From NCBI GenBank assembly GCA_963715335.1, contig CAVQRZ010000039.1, positions 1 through 24,200 on the forward strand: a stretch of DNA of 24,200 bases, written 5' to 3'. The notes under the pieces were generated by a model, which was given only the letters and a program-made list of their open reading frames with translations, searched no databases and was not told the DNA's origin. The DNA comes from an uncultured delta proteobacterium. Lineage in GTDB: Bacteria; Desulfobacterota; Desulfuromonadia; Desulfuromonadales; BM103. Below, piece after piece: positions 17,531-24,200 of the stretch (the first letter of the stretch is position 1; each line of letters starts with the position of its first letter). The translations under genes were made by a program, and so were the position numbers.

Positions 17531-18442
17531 GTGACAGAAAAAACCAGGCAAATGCTGCCATTTTTAAGCCTCATCCTGGCCATGCTGCTGTGGGCCAGTT
17601 CTTTTGTCGCTCTGAAGCTGGCCTTCCGCGGCTACCACCCGATGCAGGTGATCTTCGGCAGAATGTTCATCGCCAGTCTCTGCTTCGTCGTCTTCATCCC
17701 GGCCTTTCGTAAAATCAAGTGGCGGCGACGCGACCTGAAATACCTGTTGATCATGGCCATCTGCGAACCCTGCCTCTACTTTATCTTCGAAGCCAGGGCC
17801 CTCGAACTGACCAGCGCCTCACAAGCCGGCATGATTACCGCAATGCTGCCGCTGCTGGTGGCAATCCTGGCGTGGTGCGTCCTCAAGGAGAAGATTTCAC
17901 AACGGACCCTGACCGGTTTCATCCTGGCGATCCTTGGTGCCTGCTGGCTGAGCCTTGCCGGCGAGACAACCGCGGACGCGCCCAACCCGCTACTCGGCAA
18001 CGCCTGTGAATTCCTGGCAATGGTCTGTGCCGCTGGCTACACGGTTGCCCTGAAACATCTTTCCGATCATTACCCACCTCTTTTCCTGACAGCCTTCCAG
18101 GCGTTTCTCGGCAGTGTCTTTTTCTTCCCTTTTCTGCTCGTGCCGGATATCGGCTTCCCGAGTCACCTGGAAAGGACCCCATTCCTGGCCGTCGTCTACC
18201 TTGGCACGTTCATCACTTTTGGTGCCTACGCCTGTTACAATTTCGGAGTCAGCAGAATTCCAGTGAGCCAGGCGGCGGGCTTTGTCAACCTGATCCCGGT
18301 CTTCGGTGTGCTGCTCGGCATCCTGATTCTTGGCGACAGGCTCAACCCTCAACAGTGGCTGGCTTGTGGGTTGGTTTTCTGTGGAGTGTGGATCAGCAGC
18401 AGACGCAAAGTCACGATCCTGCCGAGGCCGGCAATAACCTAA
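17531..18442 (+). CDS. EamA/DMT family transporter
   Basis: About 10 hydrophobic segments in two EamA repeats (LLWASSFVALK...TSASQAGMI...NLIPVFGVLLGILILGD). Confidence 0.9.
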   Translation: MTEKTRQMLPFLSLILAMLLWASSFVALKLAFRGYHPMQVIFGRMFIASLCFVVFIPAFRKIKWRRRDLKYLLIMAICEPCLYFIFEARALELTSASQAGMITAMLPLLVAILAWCVLKEKISQRTLTGFILAILGACWLSLAGETTADAPNPLLGNACEFLAMVCAAGYTVALKHLSDHYPPLFLTAFQAFLGSVFFFPFLLVPDIGFPSHLERTPFLAVVYLGTFITFGAYACYNFGVSRIPVSQAAGFVNLIPVFGVLLGILILGDRLNPQQWLACGLVFCGVWISSRRKVTILPRPAIT

Positions 18443-18469
18443 GCACTGGCAACGGCACCTCAACGCAAA

Positions 18470-20383
18470 TCAGAATGGTGTGCGGGAAAAGTGCCTCTTC
18501 GTCGCATCCTGTAGTTTTGACACAGCCTGGAACGACTCCTTCAGGAGATCCTGCTCGGTCTTGCTGAGCGCGAAAGGGTCAAGGAAATGTGAGGGCGGGC
18601 GATCGGATTCGATCATGCTGATTTCATGTCTGAGCCTCAGGAAAACCAGAGCCTCGAAGGCCGCCCTGATATGCTCGGCGGTTTCCACGGCAAAGACATT
18701 CTGCGCCACCAGGGCCTGAAGTCGTCCCATGGTGGAGATCTCCTGGATGCCGCGTTCCAGGGCGAACATCCTGACGCAGTCGACGATGTAGACACAACCG
18801 CCGTACTTGACCGAGAGCATTCCGGCATTATCCCCATCCTTCTCCACAGAAAATCGCCCCAGCAAGCCAAGCGGAACCTTGTAGCGCAAGTCCAGGGTCA
18901 TCATGTGATAGAGGAATCCCTGGTGTGTTTCGATCCCTCTGACAACCATGTCCCGCAGATCATGGGCCAGTTCAACATCACCCATCAAGGGGAGGAAATC
19001 GAAGAAGATCGATGAATTCCTGACATGGGTCGGTTCCGGGTCGAGCAGCCAGCTGTTGATGCGCTCCTGCCAGTCAACCAGTCGGCCGCGCCATTCGCTG
19101 TTGCGGGCCATAACATCACCTTCACAGAGCGGGTAGCCCACCCGGTCAAGTGCCATATTAAGCTTTTCGCTGAAAGGGACAAAAAATGCGTCCACTTCGC
19201 CCTGCCGTTCGTCAGGAAAATTCTCGAAGATAAATCCGTTGTCCTGATCTGGCTGCAACAGCATTTCGCGGCGCCCGGCGCTGCCCATAACCAGGAAGCA
19301 ATGTCGGACACCGGGCATCTGCAGCCCTTCCGCAGTCATTTCATCAAGACACAACTGGTACACACGCCGGATGATCGCGTGATGGATATGCGACAGGATC
19401 TCCATGACCTCCGGAGTGCTACGGGTTTCCGACATCAGGGCACGGGCGACGCCCACTGTTTCCCGGCGAACTGATGCCAGCCCTTCAAAAGAGGTCTCTT
19501 CCCGGATACTCCCGAGCAGCAACAAAGCTTTCTGCGAACGGTACCTCATCAGATCCCGCGGCGTAACGATCCCGACGAGCTGGTTGCGGTCAACGATTGG
19601 TAGATGGTTGAGCCCGTGGCTGGTCATAAACGCCATGGCTTCATACATGTAGGTGTCGGGCGTCATGCTATGCGGCCGTGATCGCATGATGTTCCGTGCT
19701 CTCAGGGAGTGAACGTCGACATTCTCCGGAGCCAGGACCTTGGCGACCAGATCGCTGCCCGTGATGATACCGACCGGCTCATTTTCCGGATTGACGACCA
19801 CCAGGAAACTTATACCATGCTCCGTCAGACGCCGTGCCACGGCGTTCACCGTTGTATCAGGTGTACAGGTGACCACGGGCGAAGACATGATCTCTGAAAG
19901 CCGTTTTTTGAAAGGGTAAGCCTCCATCTGCATCAGGGCGGCGCCGGAATGTTCGGAAACGATTTCCGAATAGAGCTTGCGGACCCTGGAAAGAACGCTG
20001 CGGGTAAAGAACCTACTCAGCTGCGGATACTCATTCTGCAGCTTCTGCAGAACCTCCGAAGGAATCAGGTAGCAAACCGTCGGCTTCACGGTACGGGCCC
20101 CGCCGGCATAAGGCTCCCCGGTGAAGACCGGAGACCCGCCAAACAGCTGCCCTTCCTTTCGATAATCGACCACCATGTCAATCCCGCCCGGCGAAAACAG
20201 GGTGATCGTCACCAGCCCTTCCTTGATCACATAAAGGTACCCGGTCGGCGGATCATTCTGCTGGAAGATATAGGCGTTAGCGGGGAATTTCTTTTGGATC
20301 GCGGCTTCTTTCAGCTCCTCGAATGCCGATTCGGGAAGCTGGTCGAAAGGCTCGGTTTCCTGTAGATGTTTGATCAGCGGCAT
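18470..20383 (-). CDS. cNMP-binding / CBS / DUF294 nucleotidyltransferase-like signalling protein
   Basis: N-terminal Crp-like cNMP domain (YLYVIKEGLV...GQLFG), tandem CBS pair, then GSAGRREMLLQPDQDNG (GlnD/GlnE-like NTase motif) and a DUF294_C-like helical tail. Confidence 0.9.
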   Translation of the reverse strand: MPLIKHLQETEPFDQLPESAFEELKEAAIQKKFPANAYIFQQNDPPTGYLYVIKEGLVTITLFSPGGIDMVVDYRKEGQLFGGSPVFTGEPYAGGARTVKPTVCYLIPSEVLQKLQNEYPQLSRFFTRSVLSRVRKLYSEIVSEHSGAALMQMEAYPFKKRLSEIMSSPVVTCTPDTTVNAVARRLTEHGISFLVVVNPENEPVGIITGSDLVAKVLAPENVDVHSLRARNIMRSRPHSMTPDTYMYEAMAFMTSHGLNHLPIVDRNQLVGIVTPRDLMRYRSQKALLLLGSIREETSFEGLASVRRETVGVARALMSETRSTPEVMEILSHIHHAIIRRVYQLCLDEMTAEGLQMPGVRHCFLVMGSAGRREMLLQPDQDNGFIFENFPDERQGEVDAFFVPFSEKLNMALDRVGYPLCEGDVMARNSEWRGRLVDWQERINSWLLDPEPTHVRNSSIFFDFLPLMGDVELAHDLRDMVVRGIETHQGFLYHMMTLDLRYKVPLGLLGRFSVEKDGDNAGMLSVKYGGCVYIVDCVRMFALERGIQEISTMGRLQALVAQNVFAVETAEHIRAAFEALVFLRLRHEISMIESDRPPSHFLDPFALSKTEQDLLKESFQAVSKLQDATKRHFSRTPF

Positions 20384-20524
20384 AGGTATTAACGTTGCGC
20401 AGGCTAACTCAAAAAACGATGTGTGGTGTCAAGTTCGGGGATAATTTATCATTAATCGCATGGACGGGCAAACGCTTTAGCCGTCGGCAGGAGATTTTTC
20501 GACGATTTATCAACGAGGATGGTT

Positions 20525-20576
20525 CTGAGCGACGTGCAGCCGAATCAGTGCAAGCTGACTGCGCCCGTCGCTCCAG
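20525..20576 (-). other. Long stem-loop immediately after the iclR stop codon
   Basis: Minus strand GAGCGACG/CGUCGCUC (8 bp) plus inner GCAGUC/GGCUGC; no U-tract follows. Confidence 0.5.
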
Positions 20577-20579
20577 GGA

Positions 20580-21344
20580 TCAGGTCAAATCCCGCGGGAT
20601 GTAGGGGGAATGCCACCCTAGCTTGGAGGAGACGATCCCACAAGTGTCGAGCAGTGGACTCAGGACCTGCTTTTGAATGACTTCGTTGTTGAGCCGGTAT
20701 TCCGGGCCGACAACGCAGATTGCCCCATGCAGTTTGCCGCCGCTGCCAAACAGCGGGGCGGCTATACTGGCAATACCTTCTCCCAAGGCACCATTGTCCT
20801 GACTGTAACCGTGACTGCGAATTGCAGTAAACTGGCTTGCAGCTGGGCTGCCCGGTTCGGAGCCGGCCTTTCCCTGCCCCTTGTTGAAGGCCAGCAGGAC
20901 CTGTCCGGCGGCGGTTGTCTCGAGAGGGAATCGTTTGCCGACCAGGGAAACGATCTTGACTTTCTGGGTAGTATCGATCATGTCCAGGAAAAGGACTTCC
21001 TTGCGACGTCGGACCGCGATATAGACGGCTTCATTGCAGCCTCTGGCCAAACGTTCCACAACAGGACGGGCATGCCTCAACAAGCCCATGCGTGACAGGA
21101 ACTTCTGACCGATTTCATAGGCAGACAGCCCGAGACGGTACTTCCCGGACTGTTCCTCACGTTCGACATAACCACGATTTTCAAATGTCGCCAGAAGACG
21201 AAAAACGCTGGTCTTGTTCATGGCAAGCTTTTCACTGAGTTGGCTTATACGAACATCGTCATCAATCTCACTGAGAGCTTCCAGAACATCGAGGGCGTTT
21301 TCAACGGCTTGTATAGAATAAGATTCCTTATCTCTGGAGGGCAC
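20580..21344 (-). CDS. IclR-family transcriptional regulator
   Basis: IQAVENALDVLEAL...KTSVFRLLATFENRGYV...YRLG HTH and a C-terminal effector domain (TAAGQVLLA, ASIAAPLF...GAICVVGP). GTG start after AAGGAG. Confidence 0.95.
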   Translation of the reverse strand: MPSRDKESYSIQAVENALDVLEALSEIDDDVRISQLSEKLAMNKTSVFRLLATFENRGYVEREEQSGKYRLGLSAYEIGQKFLSRMGLLRHARPVVERLARGCNEAVYIAVRRRKEVLFLDMIDTTQKVKIVSLVGKRFPLETTAAGQVLLAFNKGQGKAGSEPGSPAASQFTAIRSHGYSQDNGALGEGIASIAAPLFGSGGKLHGAICVVGPEYRLNNEVIQKQVLSPLLDTCGIVSSKLGWHSPYIPRDLT

Positions 21345-21397
21345 GGGTAACTCCTTATGGAATCGCAGAAAAATAACAAAACAAGGCTACGTCAAAC

Positions 21398-21426
21398 AAA
21401 ATAATACGCTGTTTTATTATTGTCAA
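21398..21426 (-). promoter_or_regulatory. Sigma70 promoter of iclR overlapped by an inverted repeat (candidate operator)
   Basis: Minus strand TTGACA (21421-21426) - 17 nt - TATTTT (21398-21403). Dyad AATAATA-N8-TATTATT at 21400-21421. Confidence 0.65.
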
Positions 21427-21626
21427 TGATTTGCTTAAAAAAGTTCCAAAAAGGCAAAGCAGAAGGGTGTAAAAAATCCCACTTATTGGGTGTTAAATTC
21501 CTTTAAAAAGGGATATAAAGCGTTAAATAAGATATTTAGCAGACCCTTGGAACAAGCCTCTAGAATCGGAAAAATACCGTTCTAAAATATTAATAGTCGC
21601 TTCAGAGCTGCCGACCGGATGAGGGC

Positions 21627-22049
21627 TCAGGTGTTGAGTCGATTTATGATTGGCTGGTCTGCAGGGAGTATCGCGAAGTTTACCATTTCACGCGGATGAA
21701 TCCAGCGGTGCTCCGCCACGCCCAGATCGCGCAGCGTATCTGTCAGGAGCTGACATTCGTAAGCCAGGATCAGGACCGGGCCCCAGTCGTAGCGGTGGAA
21801 GACGACGTCGTAGATACCAACGACCCGGACCTCGGCATCAAGCTCTTCGCGAATCTCCCGCCGCAGAGCTTCTTCGGGACTTTCGCCGGGGTCAACCTTG
21901 CCGCCCGGGAATTCCCAGAAACCGGGGTGACGTGCGTCATCCGGACGCCTGGTTATCAGGACTTTCCCACCATCAAAGATCACGGCAGCCGTGACCAACA
22001 AGGGCATTCCGGTCTGCTCAGTGTTACGCTCGGCTTCCATACTGCTCAC
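21627..22049 (-). CDS. MutT/NudG-type Nudix (d)NTP pyrophosphohydrolase
   Basis: WEFPGGKVDPGESPEEALRREIREEL Nudix box and a LPADQPII C-terminus. Exact start uncertain. Confidence 0.92.
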   Translation of the reverse strand: MSSMEAERNTEQTGMPLLVTAAVIFDGGKVLITRRPDDARHPGFWEFPGGKVDPGESPEEALRREIREELDAEVRVVGIYDVVFHRYDWGPVLILAYECQLLTDTLRDLGVAEHRWIHPREMVNFAILPADQPIINRLNT

Positions 22050-22121
22050 GATAACAGTTCATCGCAGACAAAGCCAATAATGATGCCGTAATTAATGATG
22101 TATTCGAATCTTTTCATTTGC

Positions 22122-22165
22122 TTGCTGCAAGTCATCGATCATGATATTTTGTCGTGATTTTTTTC
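22122..22165 (+). promoter_or_regulatory. upp promoter with GA(T)7 initially transcribed region
   Basis: TTGCTG (22122-22127) - 17 nt - TGnTATTTT (-10 at 22145-22150) - GTCGT - GATTTTTTT (22156-22164). Confidence 0.7.
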
Positions 22166-22193
22166 TCAACACAACCCTGCGCAGGAGTCAATC

Positions 22194-22820
22194 GTGTCCG
22201 TTTATGAGATCAAGCACCCCCTGGTTCGACACAAACTCGGCCTGATGCGCCGCAATGACGTGAGCACCAAGGATTTTCGCGCACTGGCTTCGGAGGTTGC
22301 GCGACTTTTGACCTACGAGGCGACCAGTGATATGGAGACGGAGCAAGAGACCGTCAATGGCTGGGCCGGGCAGGTCTCGGTTGACACGATCAAAGGCAAG
22401 AAGATCACCGTCGTACCAATTCTGCGTGCCGGGCTCGGCATGATGGACGGCGTCCTCGACCTGATTCCGAGCGCCAGGGTCAGCGTCATCGGCCTCTACC
22501 GCAATGAAGAGACCCTGGAGCCTGTCGCCTACTACAAAAAATTCACCAGCCAGATTGAAGATCGCATTGCCATGATACTCGATCCGATGCTGGCGACTGG
22601 CGGCAGCGTCATTGCAGCAATCGACATGCTCAAGGAGTCGGGCTGCAGAAAAATCAAGGGGCTGTTCCTGGTTGCGGCCCCGGAAGGCATTGCCGCCCTG
22701 CAAAAGAAACACCCGGATGTCGATATCTATGTCGCGGCAATTGACGAAAAACTCAACGAAGTCGGCTACATCCTGCCCGGCCTCGGCGATGCCGGAGACA
22801 AGATTTTCGGCACCAAGTAG
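22194..22820 (+). CDS. upp: Uracil phosphoribosyltransferase
   Basis: [27 protein letters not shown] and [17 protein letters not shown] motifs. GTG start after AGGAG. Confidence 0.98.
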   Translation: MSVYEIKHPLVRHKLGLMRRNDVSTKDFRALASEVARLLTYEATSDMETEQETVNGWAGQVSVDTIKGKKITVVPILRAGLGMMDGVLDLIPSARVSVIGLYRNEETLEPVAYYKKFTSQIEDRIAMILDPMLATGGSVIAAIDMLKESGCRKIKGLFLVAAPEGIAALQKKHPDVDIYVAAIDEKLNEVGYILPGLGDAGDKIFGTK

Positions 22821-22898
22821 CTAGCCCATAAAACAACGCGACGCCCACCCGGCTGTTACGAACCGGCATTCATAAAATTCAGGCCAGGAGAATATATA

Positions 22899-24200
22899 AT
22901 GTCCGAGAAACTTCAGGAAAACCGATTTAGCCTCCACCCCAAGCAAATCCTAATTGGTGCCCAGATGCTCTTTGTCGCCTTTGGCGCGCTGGTCCTGGTT
23001 CCGCTGTTGACCGGGTTGAACGCCAACGTCGCGCTCTTTACCGCCGGTGCCGGCACGTTGCTGTTCCAGTTGGTCACGCGCGGCAAGGTCCCGGTGTTCC
23101 TGGCCTCGAGTTTCGCCTTTATCGCTCCGATCATCTACGGGGTGCAGCAGTGGGGTATCCCCGGCACGATGTGCGGCCTGGCTGCAGCCGGGCTGCTATA
23201 CGTTGTTATCAGCATTGGCGTCAGGGTCTTCGGCTCCGACATCCTGCATCGCATCCTGCCGCCGGTCGTAACCGGCCCGGTGATCATGGTCATCGGCCTG
23301 GTCCTGGCCCCGGTCGCCGTGCACATGGCTTCCGGCCGAACCGGTGACGGCGCTGCCTGGCTGGTCCCGCAGCCGAGCGCCTACATGATTGCCGGAGTGG
23401 CGTTGATCGTCACCGTCCTCGTCTCGCTGCTAGGCAAGGGTCTGTTCAGGCTGATCCCGATCCTCTGCGGCGTTGTCGCCGGCTACCTGGCTTCCCTGGG
23501 CCTCGATCTGATCGGAATTTCGAGTTCCATCCAGGCAACCTTTGACCCGGGGACCCTGCAGAACTGGACCGGACCGACGCTGGTTTCGATGCAGCCGGTT
23601 CTTGATGCGCCGTGGCTGGCCGTTCCGGACTTCACTCTGCCGACCTGGAACCTTGAAGCGATCCTCTTTATCGTACCGGTCGCAATTGCTCCGGCTATAG
23701 AACATTTCGGCGATATTCTGGCAATCGGCAGCATCACTGGCAAAGATTACGTCGACGACCCCGGGGTTGATAAGACCATGCTTGGCGACGGTCTCGCCAC
23801 CAGCCTGGCTGCATGTCTCGGCGGGCCACCGAACACCACCTACTCCGAGGTCTCCGGCGCCGTGGCCCTGACCCGCTCCTTCAACCCGTTTACCATGACC
23901 TGGGCTGCCATCGCTGCAATCCTGCTGGCCTTCATCGGCAAGCTTGGCGGTTTCCTCAACACCATCCCGGTGCCGGTCATGGGCGGCATCATGATCCTGC
24001 TGTTCGGTGCCATAGCCGTGATCGGCATCAACACCCTGGTCAGGGCGGGCACTGACCTGATGCAGCCTCGCAACCTGACAATCGCCGCAGTCATCCTGGT
24101 ATTCGGTATCGGCGGCATGAGCTTCGACCTGGCTGTCGTCAAGCTTGGTGGAATCGGTCTGGCCGGCATCATCGGTGTACTTCTGAATCTGATTCTGCCG
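22899..24200 (+). CDS. uraA: Uracil permease UraA (NCS2 family), runs off the window end
   Basis: Absent from the ORF track because it has no stop in the window. Read by hand from ATG 22899 (AGGAG upstream): GAQMLFVAFGALVLVP...PVFLASSFAFI...PPVVTGPVIMVIGL...EHFGD...GGPPNTTYSE...IPVPVMGGI. Confidence 0.95.
   Translation, partial: MSEKLQENRFSLHPKQILIGAQMLFVAFGALVLVPLLTGLNANVALFTAGAGTLLFQLVTRGKVPVFLASSFAFIAPIIYGVQQWGIPGTMCGLAAAGLLYVVISIGVRVFGSDILHRILPPVVTGPVIMVIGLVLAPVAVHMASGRTGDGAAWLVPQPSAYMIAGVALIVTVLVSLLGKGLFRLIPILCGVVAGYLASLGLDLIGISSSIQATFDPGTLQNWTGPTLVSMQPVLDAPWLAVPDFTLPTWNLEAILFIVPVAIAPAIEHFGDILAIGSITGKDYVDDPGVDKTMLGDGLATSLAACLGGPPNTTYSEVSGAVALTRSFNPFTMTWAAIAAILLAFIGKLGGFLNTIPVPVMGGIMILLFGAIAVIGINTLVRAGTDLMQPRNLTIAAVILVFGIGGMSFDLAVVKLGGIGLAGIIGVLLNLILP

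Noticed and set aside
20462..20495. GGGCAAAC resembling a c-di-GMP-I/GEMM riboswitch
   Set aside because: No GNRA hairpin or second stem, and it is on the strand opposite the downstream gene.
1..24200. CRISPR arrays, transposases, integrases, tRNA/rRNA genes, defence or toxin genes
   Set aside because: None seen; nearly all sequence is accounted for by housekeeping genes and short intergenic regions.

Overview
Ordinary chromosomal core region, most likely from a Desulfuromonadales/Geobacter-related deltaproteobacterium (inferred from gene order and protein style). Left half, minus strand: smc - roadblock/LC7 (MglB/MglC-like) - ftsY - zapB-like - zapA - [structured ncRNA at the 6S RNA position] - 5-formyl-THF cyclo-ligase - rny - ymdB-like phosphoesterase - tyrS. 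Right half: RluA-family pseudouridine synthase, orphan PAS histidine kinase coupled to an AsmA/YhdP-like gene, ubiE/menG, EamA transporter, cNMP-CBS-DUF294 nucleotidyltransferase, IclR regulator, MutT-type Nudix hydrolase, upp and a truncated uraA. I see no mobile element, CRISPR array or defence system, and no clearly new multi-gene system. Three things stand out. (1) A ~305-nt rod-like RNA occupies the ssrS slot, much longer than a canonical ~185-nt 6S RNA, with an extra 5'-arm hairpin cluster. (2) tyrS looks Bacteroidota-type but sits in the usual tyrS position, suggesting in-situ xenologous replacement. (3) The upp promoter has the E. coli G6-A7-T-tract layout used for UTP-dependent reiterative transcription. 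All folds, promoters and family calls were made by eye; no searches or folding programs were run.
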